Source of the DNA: a virus | Length of the DNA: 64,000 bases | Virus record (IMG/VR): IMGVR_UViG_3300009431_000016 | Direction: 5' to 3' (one strand) | In this document: piece after piece, positions 56,523-64,000 of the stretch | Position numbering within the stretch: the stretch's first letter is position 1 | How the letters are laid out: every line of letters starts with the position of its first letter | Made by a program: the position numbers and the translations under genes | The notes under the pieces: model-generated | Databases searched by the model: none | Told to the model about the DNA's origin: nothing | What the model saw: the letters and a program-made list of their open reading frames with translations, nothing else

Positions 56523-59500
56523 ATGGCAGCAGTATCCATCACATACGCCGGACAGCCGTTGTTGATCTTGGATCCACAGCTTCACAATTGGCTAGAGAAG
56601 TGGTACGACCTAGACCAGATCAATCGCATTCAGACTGACGTCCTGGATCGGTCGCCGTGCATCAGCCGGATCGACCCGCCGAAGATGAAGGTCAACCAGC
56701 TGTACTGGCCACTTGGCGCCCAGCGGTGGAGCTCGTTTTGGGGTCTCACGACGGCCATTGGCAAGGATGCGATTGCCTCGAAATATCCGAACAGTCGGAC
56801 GATGGACGTGATTCCCGAATTGATTGTCAGGGCAATTCACGAGGCTGGTGGACGCGAGGAGAATTTGATTGAATCAACCCTGACGGCTAAGATGTGGCTG
56901 CTTCCCCCAATTCCGGTCACATACACCTATTCCAGCAACACAACCCGAGACGATAGTCTCTGGCTATTGCCACTTGTCGATCAGAGATATTGGTGGCAAT
57001 TCCGTGATGTTGGCGCAATGACGCTCACGAAGACATCAACGTGGGCAAATCTGTTTAGTGATCTTGGGTCAGCAATCGGAGTGACGATTGACCTGGATGA
57101 TGTCAATCCATACTACCTGAACCCCGATCCGGTTTCATTTAACCAAGACCACCATCCGGCGCCGTCTTTGCTTGATGCAGCTGCTTATTCAATCGGCCAC
57201 AGAATCATTGCCGGCTTCGACGGAACCGTGAAGACGCAAAGTTTCAGTTCTGCTCGGCCGGTTTCGTTCGAAGCGGAAGCGACTTCCTATCGGTCTGGCG
57301 GAAATGACGGTAGTGATATGCTGGCCCAGGGTGCTGCCCCGGAGAAAGTGGCTATAAGTTGCGGCCGAATCCGCCACTACGTTCCGCGAAAGGACGGATT
57401 GCGGCACGTGTACCGGGTAGATCATTCTATTGATGAGTACTTTCCCGACTCGGCTGTGACTCCTGGTACTGAGAAAATCATCCGCACGACTGCTTACGCC
57501 GACTTCACCGCAGGCGGAGCTACACCAAGCAACACTTCATCTCTCCACGATCTCGCAACGCAAATTACTACTGACTACTATCTTCGCATGCGAGACAATT
57601 ACGACATTGTGAAGAATGGACTCGACACTGCAGAACAGACAGCCTATGACGACGTGATGCTGTATTCGGTCGCCATGCTCCGTGAGGACCGACATGGTGG
57701 CCAGTATGATGTATCAACTCGCTGGACCACGGCTCCGATCAACGAAGAAATCGAGGAGATGTATCAGCAGGACCCAACAGATATTTTGACAAGCCCGCAG
57801 AAGGGCAAAAACGATGGTATTAGGGCGCCCGGAGGGAGCGGGCAGACTTCCATTTACAATGACGGGGGCGACACCGGCCTGAATGTGCGCGGTTATTACG
57901 ATTGGGCAGAAGGGACGGAATCAATTCCGGCAGACACCGAACTGGTACTGGATTTTTTTGAGGACGATGATAAGTGGATCATACGGGCCGACCTGGATGC
58001 GGATACGGAAGTCTTTTGGGGATTTACAGAATCCAACTGGGAACAAAATGGCGGCGACCCGAAGGTATCGTGTAAACTTGTGACCGGTTCGCCAGGAAGA
58101 ACCTCGTCAACCACTTCCGGAGACGCCTTCGACGTATTCCTCCCGCGTACCTGCGGAGGGCAGGATCCTAATGTTGTGGCATGCCGCAACATTGCCTTTA
58201 TGGTGGACACGGACGGCAACCGTGTGTGCGTGAGCGACTACCTCGACGATAAGATCTTGACCGTCAAGATGTGGGTAGGAACAACTGCCAATATACCTAC
58301 TGGCTGGGCCGTCATGAATGGAGTGACCAATTCGGTCGGAAACGGCGGATCGGGCATCGTAATGGCGCAAGGCTCAGACAAATATTTTGCACGAGCCACA
58401 GATGCTGATGTGGAAGTTGGAAATGCCGGCGGATCAGACAACAGCATTATTGACCCTCACACGGCCACTGAAGTGGTCGCGTGCATTCAAGACCACAATG
58501 CGGCCGACATTGACAATCATATAGCTAAGACTACAGGATACGAGTCGGAACATACGCACTCAGGAGTCACAGACTCTGATGGAGCACACGCTCACAGCGG
58601 AACGGCCAGTGACGCAACTGGCGATACGGATTATGCCGTAGTTGTCCTTGAGACACATACAGCAGCCGACGTTGTTGCGTGCATTGAGGATCACAATGCC
58701 AATGTCATTGATACCCACGCAGCTAGTACGACTGGACTTGATGGGGATCACACGCATTCCGGCTTGACTCAAACCGACGGGAACCATAGTCATACTGGAA
58801 CAACTGACGGACGCGCCATAACAACTGATAATGGCTATGCCAATATTGGAGATCACACCGGCGCCGAAGTTGCGGCGGTCCTGGAAGATCATGACGCGTC
58901 AGCGATAGATACTCACCTTGCTGGCGTTACCGGCTCCGATGGTGCACACACTCACGGCGGAACAACAAATACTGATGGCGCGCATGGTCACATCGGGAAT
59001 ACCGACGCCTCCCCTGGAAGTACTGGTGACGAGACAACAGACATTACGGTGGATGCACATACAGCATTGGAGGTTGTTGCGTGTATCCAGGATCACAATG
59101 CAAATGTGATTGATGACCATGCAGCTGGCGTCACTGGCGCCGGAAGCTCGCACAATCACGGCGGCGTCACCGGAGGTGGCACGGGGAATGTTGCCGAGGG
59201 ATATGCAGATTGTGAGGACTCTGGACATCATCACGACTCTGGGCAGGACGTGACGGTTGATAATAACAATGATGGGTCCGTTGTCGATGCCTGGTCGTCG
59301 AGCTCGCCGTCTGATGATGGCGTAGCAGTGATCACTGATCTTGGCCACACACACGGTGCCGGAACTCACACCCACACGATTCCAGCGGAAAACACACACA
59401 CCCACGCAACGCCGGTACACACACACACTGGGACTTTGGAACACACAGCCACTGCAGCCACCCTACCACATTCAGTCGATGAAGATCCACATTCTCACTC

Positions 59501-60113
59501 TATAGGAGCGCACACACACCCGTTCTCAATTGCATCAAGCGGGGCGCATAATCACGTTTTCACAACAGATGGAGCTACTCCAGCCACGCACACCCACACG
59601 TCGCCGGCACATGCACATACCGGAACTTTAGAGCACGCCGGAACGCTGCTTGGCACCCTGGGACACACAGACTCCGGGCACGTCCACACAGACGGCGAAC
59701 ATACGCACGGAGTTTCTCTGGGACCGGATGGGCCTCACTACCATGTGATTATCGTTGGTGATTTAAGCACTTCTGAAAAGCATGACCACACCACACCAGC
59801 ATATCCGCATACCGGAACTTTGCCGCACAGTCCAACGCTGAACGATCTTTCACACACAGAGCCCTTACCAGGTCATCGGCATGGGCTGGCGGAGCACACA
59901 CACCCAGTGGTGATTCCGTTGGGAGGTCCTCACTATCACGCAATTACCGGCCTGAACGCAGCAACTGCACATCAACATACTATCTCACAGTACGTCCACT
60001 CCGGATACCTCTCGCACTTACCAACAGAAGCTACGCTTGATCATGATGCAGTAGACACGATACCGCCATGCCGATACGTGATGTACATTGAGCGACTAGA
60101 TAATTCGATCTAA
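56523..60113 (+). CDS. tail fiber or tailspike-like protein with His/Thr-rich tandem repeats
   Basis: 1196 aa. Four tandem units of about 65 aa (VVACIQDHNAxxIDxHxAxxTG...HTHSG...) at roughly aa 640-905. Then a THTH/HxH-rich C-terminal 300 aa (HTHTGTLEH x2, PHYH x2). Confidence 0.5.
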   Translation: MAAVSITYAGQPLLILDPQLHNWLEKWYDLDQINRIQTDVLDRSPCISRIDPPKMKVNQLYWPLGAQRWSSFWGLTTAIGKDAIASKYPNSRTMDVIPELIVRAIHEAGGREENLIESTLTAKMWLLPPIPVTYTYSSNTTRDDSLWLLPLVDQRYWWQFRDVGAMTLTKTSTWANLFSDLGSAIGVTIDLDDVNPYYLNPDPVSFNQDHHPAPSLLDAAAYSIGHRIIAGFDGTVKTQSFSSARPVSFEAEATSYRSGGNDGSDMLAQGAAPEKVAISCGRIRHYVPRKDGLRHVYRVDHSIDEYFPDSAVTPGTEKIIRTTAYADFTAGGATPSNTSSLHDLATQITTDYYLRMRDNYDIVKNGLDTAEQTAYDDVMLYSVAMLREDRHGGQYDVSTRWTTAPINEEIEEMYQQDPTDILTSPQKGKNDGIRAPGGSGQTSIYNDGGDTGLNVRGYYDWAEGTESIPADTELVLDFFEDDDKWIIRADLDADTEVFWGFTESNWEQNGGDPKVSCKLVTGSPGRTSSTTSGDAFDVFLPRTCGGQDPNVVACRNIAFMVDTDGNRVCVSDYLDDKILTVKMWVGTTANIPTGWAVMNGVTNSVGNGGSGIVMAQGSDKYFARATDADVEVGNAGGSDNSIIDPHTATEVVACIQDHNAADIDNHIAKTTGYESEHTHSGVTDSDGAHAHSGTASDATGDTDYAVVVLETHTAADVVACIEDHNANVIDTHAASTTGLDGDHTHSGLTQTDGNHSHTGTTDGRAITTDNGYANIGDHTGAEVAAVLEDHDASAIDTHLAGVTGSDGAHTHGGTTNTDGAHGHIGNTDASPGSTGDETTDITVDAHTALEVVACIQDHNANVIDDHAAGVTGAGSSHNHGGVTGGGTGNVAEGYADCEDSGHHHDSGQDVTVDNNNDGSVVDAWSSSSPSDDGVAVITDLGHTHGAGTHTHTIPAENTHTHATPVHTHTGTLEHTATAATLPHSVDEDPHSHSIGAHTHPFSIASSGAHNHVFTTDGATPATHTHTSPAHAHTGTLEHAGTLLGTLGHTDSGHVHTDGEHTHGVSLGPDGPHYHVIIVGDLSTSEKHDHTTPAYPHTGTLPHSPTLNDLSHTEPLPGHRHGLAEHTHPVVIPLGGPHYHAITGLNAATAHQHTISQYVHSGYLSHLPTEATLDHDAVDTIPPCRYVMYIERLDNSI

Positions 60114-61276
60114 GTAATTCCGAATTGCTCGCGTAGGAAGTCCCGCACGGTCTGAGGCTCAAACTCTACCCCTGCCTGTTTACTGGCTCGGCTGATCACT
60201 GCGAAGATTGGATCTGCCCACCCTGCTGGCGATAGCTTGTGTTTCCAATAGTATGGATTCATGCTGTGTGAGTGGGTTTTGAGATAAATGGTGTCGTCTA
60301 TGCGCGGGGCCTCCAGATCGAGATGCCCGAGTACGTTATCGATGGTAAACTCTTCCCGGACTTTTTTTGAGAAGTAGTCTAAACTGGGCCACCATGCGTT
60401 TTGCGCAGAGCTCCAGATCAGGAAGCGGTCACCGAGATTGCCATCGGGAAGTGTCCGCCATCCGAGTGATGAGTCATAAGGCTTCGTTCCAACCATCTCT
60501 GATGGCGTCACTAGAAACGGCTTTTTTATTGCGGGATCGCACTTCCGGCGCCCGGCTGGAAACGACCAGTCTCCGGCACAGCCATTGTCTACAAGGATGG
60601 GAATCTCATCGCGTAGTGCACAGATCTCACTATCTGATCCGGCCAAAGCCCAGCGTCCATGGATAAAACACCATCTGCCATTTTCGCCGAAAAACTGGCG
60701 ATAGTGGTTTCGTGCGTGTTTTACGTAGCGACTAAAGCGTGCTGAGTCCAGTCTTGGTGTACTGTGCTCTTGGATCCATAACCGCATCGCAAGCTGCTCG
60801 TTTGTGAGTGGCGGGTGAGTCCTAGGAATAAGCTTTGGTGCAGGACATGCATTCTGGGTCCAGAGCTCGTGATGTATATGGAGATGGATGTCAGCAAGCT
60901 GGTCCCAGGCTGTTGCAATGACGCCATTAAGAGACGGTTGGTACGGATTTCGTGCAAAGACAACCTGGTCGTTACTTGGTGGATCATACAGAGATGGAAC
61001 AGGAATGTCCTTCGCTAGCCATGGCCGATACTGCGGATCTAAAAACAGGGACCACTTCGTGTATCTCGTTGACGCGATGTATGCATGAAACGCCTCTAGA
61101 CTATACAGATGGCTTTGTTGGACGTACCAGTCGGGCTCGAAGTGGTCCGTGTGGATGTGGACGATACGATTGAATTGCTTCTGCTTGCAGATTATTTCAA
61201 TTCGCTTGGCGATCTGATTGAGCATTCCCGTATCTCCGAATGGCTTCGTGAAACAGGCGGGCGTATTGGGCGGCAA
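60110..61276 (-). CDS. hypothetical His-rich protein, possibly carbohydrate-modifying
   Basis: 388-aa minus-strand ORF convergent with the fiber gene (3-nt overlap of stops); HIHTDH, HIHHELW motifs. Confidence 0.3.
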   Translation of the reverse strand: MPPNTPACFTKPFGDTGMLNQIAKRIEIICKQKQFNRIVHIHTDHFEPDWYVQQSHLYSLEAFHAYIASTRYTKWSLFLDPQYRPWLAKDIPVPSLYDPPSNDQVVFARNPYQPSLNGVIATAWDQLADIHLHIHHELWTQNACPAPKLIPRTHPPLTNEQLAMRLWIQEHSTPRLDSARFSRYVKHARNHYRQFFGENGRWCFIHGRWALAGSDSEICALRDEIPILVDNGCAGDWSFPAGRRKCDPAIKKPFLVTPSEMVGTKPYDSSLGWRTLPDGNLGDRFLIWSSAQNAWWPSLDYFSKKVREEFTIDNVLGHLDLEAPRIDDTIYLKTHSHSMNPYYWKHKLSPAGWADPIFAVISRASKQAGVEFEPQTVRDFLREQFGIT

Positions 61277-62222
61277 CGTAAGAAGCCTGATAACATTGCC
61301 GCATTCGCTTGCAGTTATAGATGCGAAGGGCTGTTGTCTCCTCCCAACAGTCCAGTATATTGGTCACGACATCCTTCAGGTCAGACCAGTCAGACTTACA
61401 AAACCACACGCTATCAGCTGTGAGGATATTCGGATCCGTCTTTACGAACGACGTGTCTGGTTTAATCAGGACGCACCCAGCAAACAGGGCTTCGTAGTCG
61501 CGGTATGCCATTTCGCCGTAGCCCCAAGGTGATACGCAGATCTTCGAGCTGCACAGCGCCATGTCGTATGCTTTGCGTATCATAACACGCGAGTCGTGTA
61601 GCAGGTGTTTACCTGATATCGCCCTTATGGCGCGTACACACCCCTCCCTGTGGCTTGTAATGGCATCAACGCCGTACTTGGTAGTGCCGGCAAACATGCA
61701 GTCGAGTTCGCGTACTCCACATACGACCTCCTCTGCGGTCTTGTATTGCAGCCATGGCCACATGTGGGAGTAGGCGCCGTAGGATGGGCCTACTCGAAAC
61801 TTCCGCAAGGCTGACGTTGACAGTGGCTGGCGGTCAAGGTTTGGTTGGTCCTCTAGCAGCCATACGTGATACCGGCTGTGTTTCGCATGATTTGGCAAGT
61901 GACTAAGTAGAGCTCCCTTGATCGACATGATAACGCTGTGGTGTTCTGTCAGACGACGCGAGAATGGGGTCGCGGCATCGGCTCGCTCTAAAATGACGAC
62001 AGGCTCGGCTTCTTCAAGCCAAGGTTCATTACCGTACAATAGCGTCTGTTGTGCGACAACGAGATCGCACGCACCGACCGGACGTCGGTCAGCAAACAAC
62101 TTTAGCTCCCAGCCGAGATCCGCCAGCTCTTGTGAAGCCCGAATCAGCGGACCTGCCGTTCCCAGATCTGTCGGACGAAACCACAAGTGTACTCTCTTCG
62201 TTCTTGGCATGTTTTGACTCAT
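61197..62222 (-). CDS. glycosyltransferase-like protein (GT-B C-terminal motif)
   Basis: CVSPWGYGEMAYRDYEALFAGCVLIKPD resembles the E-x7-E GT-B nucleotide-sugar binding motif; start chosen at internal Met to reduce a 240-nt overlap. Confidence 0.35.
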   Translation of the reverse strand: MSQNMPRTKRVHLWFRPTDLGTAGPLIRASQELADLGWELKLFADRRPVGACDLVVAQQTLLYGNEPWLEEAEPVVILERADAATPFSRRLTEHHSVIMSIKGALLSHLPNHAKHSRYHVWLLEDQPNLDRQPLSTSALRKFRVGPSYGAYSHMWPWLQYKTAEEVVCGVRELDCMFAGTTKYGVDAITSHREGCVRAIRAISGKHLLHDSRVMIRKAYDMALCSSKICVSPWGYGEMAYRDYEALFAGCVLIKPDTSFVKTDPNILTADSVWFCKSDWSDLKDVVTNILDCWEETTALRIYNCKRMRQCYQASYVAAQYARLFHEAIRRYGNAQSDRQAN

Positions 62223-63069
62223 TGATTGGAATTTCCGTCTTGCGTGCTGTAACCAGTTGCCGCCCCGCGACAACATCACACTCGATGATCTGTAGGCCCG
62301 CGTCGCGGCACATGATTTCGAGGCCCACAATTGTCGAGTAGGTCGTCTCCTCTGGTCGGACCGGTAGGTTGGTCCCCATCGCCTGTGTGCTGAAGAACAG
62401 AATACCGTTAGGCTTCAAGGCGGACGCGAGCGAACGTACGGTGCGGTAGCCGCTCGTGACATGCTCGAAGGCTTCAGAGAAAACGATTAAGTCTGGCTGT
62501 TTGTATCCATCCAATGCGAGCGAAACCACTTCGATGTTGTTGCAGGAGAGCTGGTTTAAGTTGAACATTACGGCCTGGATGAAGTCAAAATGTCTGTCCA
62601 TGTATCTGACGTATCGTAGGTTTCCATCGATCCCGACAAACATCTTCCAGTTTCTGTCACACTGTGCGTTGGCCACAATGAGGTACTGGCCAATTCCGCA
62701 CGCTACATCCCACATAATGGTGGCACTGTCAGGTACGTGCTTAATGAATCGTTCGTACCGCGAGTAGTACCCACACCACGCCTTACTGTTGTCGGCATGT
62801 TCCGGGCGACCCATTTTCTGCACGTAGTGGTCACCTACATGGGACTGGTTGGTCGGAACCGTCTCCAGGTACACAGAATGGCAGCGCATGCACTGCGCGA
62901 ACACGTAACGGTCTTTGGCGTCAAGGGTCGAAAGGTTCTCGATCTTTGCCATCGGAAGAATGACAGGTTCGGGTAACGGCTTGAACGGAATGATCCAGCA
63001 TATTGTAGAAAGGTGGAAGTTGCACACCGGACACGTCTCTCGCTTCATCTTGTTGATCATAACTCTCAC
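62089..63069 (-). CDS. SAM-dependent methyltransferase with N-terminal zinc ribbon (sugar C- or O-methyltransferase-like)
   Basis: CPVCNFH...C..C zinc ribbon then motif I DVACGIGQY and LIVFSEAFEHV (motif II/III). Confidence 0.5.
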   Translation of the reverse strand: MRVMINKMKRETCPVCNFHLSTICWIIPFKPLPEPVILPMAKIENLSTLDAKDRYVFAQCMRCHSVYLETVPTNQSHVGDHYVQKMGRPEHADNSKAWCGYYSRYERFIKHVPDSATIMWDVACGIGQYLIVANAQCDRNWKMFVGIDGNLRYVRYMDRHFDFIQAVMFNLNQLSCNNIEVVSLALDGYKQPDLIVFSEAFEHVTSGYRTVRSLASALKPNGILFFSTQAMGTNLPVRPEETTYSTIVGLEIMCRDAGLQIIECDVVAGRQLVTARKTEIPINESKHAKNEESTLVVSSDRSGNGRSADSGFTRAGGSRLGAKVVC

Positions 63070-63704
63070 CTTCGTATTGGAATGTAGTGTTTGGCACCCA
63101 TCCCCACATCAACGACGTCTCCACACGCGAGATTGAGGGCGTACGGGTCGTTTTTCCGACCATAGAGAGATGGATTGAAGATCACGTCGATGCCGTAATT
63201 GAGGGCCTCCTGGAAGAACGGCTCGTCGCCTTGCAGGTCGTTCGCCGAGGCGACTGCGTTGTAGGTCACCAGGACGTCGCAGCTGGCCACTAGGGCGCCT
63301 TGCCATCTTTGATGGCTGACTGTACAATTACTCCCCAGGAACGCCCCCAGGCGCCGCGCGAGGTTATACCGGCCCGTCTCCGCGGCCATTACATCGTAGC
63401 CTGTCATGGCGAGGGTGTGGCCCAATTGACAGAGCCCGCCACAGATCTCCAAGACCCGGCAAGGCCTTGGGAAATGCTTGTGTATATAGAGGAATAATAC
63501 TTCGTCCGCCACAGAAATAATCCCGTGGATGTTTCTGAGTTTCGACGCGTAGTAATTTCCGAGCCCGCCAGACGCCTTTTCGCCCGTTTTCTTCAGTTCC
63601 GTCTGACACCATTCAGTTATTTGGTTGTCAATGTCGTATAGCCGCATCTGCAGAATTGTGGTCACTCTTCGTCTCCTTGAATTGTCCAGCAGTTTAATAT
63701 ACAC
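63066..63704 (-). CDS. SAM-dependent methyltransferase-like protein
   Basis: VLEICGGLCQLGHTLAMTGYDV resembles methyltransferase motif I. Confidence 0.35.
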   Translation of the reverse strand: MYIKLLDNSRRRRVTTILQMRLYDIDNQITEWCQTELKKTGEKASGGLGNYYASKLRNIHGIISVADEVLFLYIHKHFPRPCRVLEICGGLCQLGHTLAMTGYDVMAAETGRYNLARRLGAFLGSNCTVSHQRWQGALVASCDVLVTYNAVASANDLQGDEPFFQEALNYGIDVIFNPSLYGRKNDPYALNLACGDVVDVGMGAKHYIPIRR

Positions 63705-63711
63705 GCGAACT

Positions 63712-63731
63712 TAGAACATGCTAGAACATGC
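63712..63731. promoter_or_regulatory. tandem 10-bp repeat TAGAACATGC x2 in divergent promoter region
   Basis: exact tandem duplication just upstream of the minus-strand cluster start. Confidence 0.3.
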
Positions 63732-63837
63732 AAGAGCTATATTATATACAAAAGGAATGCGTAAGTCGTTGCTATGCAATGCTTTGCGTTTACATTAAAG
63801 AAAAAGGCAACGTTTTGCGAAAAACATAGAAGGCCAG

Positions 63838-63867
63838 TTGACGCGGGCCTATTGTTCAGCTTATACT
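63838..63867 (+). promoter_or_regulatory. sigma70-like promoter TTGACG-N18-TATACT
   Basis: good -35 and -10 match in AT-rich gap; downstream GGAG RBS and ATG at 63901. Confidence 0.4.
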
Positions 63868-63900
63868 TCTGGTTGGGGAATGCAACATGGAGACGAAAAC

Positions 63901-64000
63901 ATGAACATTGATCTGTCGGGCGTGCCAGCACGCCATCGGAAACGCATTAAGTTGGCTCTTGACAGTGGGCGGTGCATTATAGCAAAATGCGATGGGGCTG
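63901..64000 (+). CDS. 5' end of a + strand gene running off the window
   Basis: ATG 63901 with GGAG 8 nt upstream; open to window end. Confidence 0.3.
   Translation, partial: MNIDLSGVPARHRKRIKLALDSGRCIIAKCDGA

Noticed and set aside
1-64000. Prophage boundaries, att sites, integrase
   Set aside because: No tyrosine or serine recombinase motifs, no tRNA and no flanking direct repeats at the window scale were seen. The window is probably internal to the phage genome or from a non-integrating phage.

Overview
This window reads as an almost complete, densely packed genome segment of a tailed dsDNA bacteriophage (Caudoviricetes), either a free phage or a prophage interior. No integrase, repressor, tRNA, rRNA or CRISPR array is visible. 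Nearly all genes are on the + strand. Many gene junctions overlap through shared ATGA or GTGA tetranucleotides, as is typical of phage operons.

Left third, about 0.5-11.6 kb, replication and recombination module:
- an orphan beta-class DNA methyltransferase
- a DEDD 3'-5' exonuclease
- a Sak4-like Walker ATPase with a DUF669-like partner
- a RecD-like SF1 helicase
- an ERCC4/XPF-type nuclease whose 5' end is duplicated by a 51-bp direct repeat
- an acidic protein
- a zinc-finger primase fused to a P4/D5-type SF3 helicase, followed by a ~370-bp array of GTACTACGG iterons that is a likely replication origin

Middle, about 12-28 kb, small accessory genes and morons:
- several zinc-ribbon proteins
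- a protein resembling the N-terminal domain of dATP/dGTP diphosphohydrolases
- a calcineurin-like phosphoesterase
- a DUF1353 protein
- a membrane-anchored trypsin-like protease
- a BNR/Asp-box repeat protein
- helix-turn-helix proteins
- a TylF-like SAM methyltransferase
- a two-gene reverse-strand insert

Right half, about 28.5-60 kb, packaging and virion module:
- a large terminase subunit
- a secreted S1 protease
- a KTSC-domain protein
- Thr/Gly-rich beta-structure proteins
- an 1826-aa multidomain protein: a possibly portal-like N-terminal region, triple EHPR-x-DGKF motifs, an HExxH motif, and a C-terminal type IB topoisomerase catalytic domain that is bracketed by a perfect 32-bp direct repeat
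- a promoter, small ORF and strong intrinsic terminator forming their own unit
- candidate scaffold, decoration and major capsid genes
- tail genes
- a GT-B glycosyltransferase directly abutting an 1196-aa histidine/threonine-rich repeat fiber

The final ~3.6 kb is a reverse-strand cluster of a glycosyltransferase-like protein and two SAM methyltransferases, one with a zinc ribbon, plus an unknown. Together with the fiber-adjacent glycosyltransferase this suggests a virion glycosylation and methylation system.

The most unusual elements are:
- the topoisomerase IB module fused into a virion polyprotein
- the module-bounding direct repeats
- the His-rich repeat fiber together with the sugar-modification cluster
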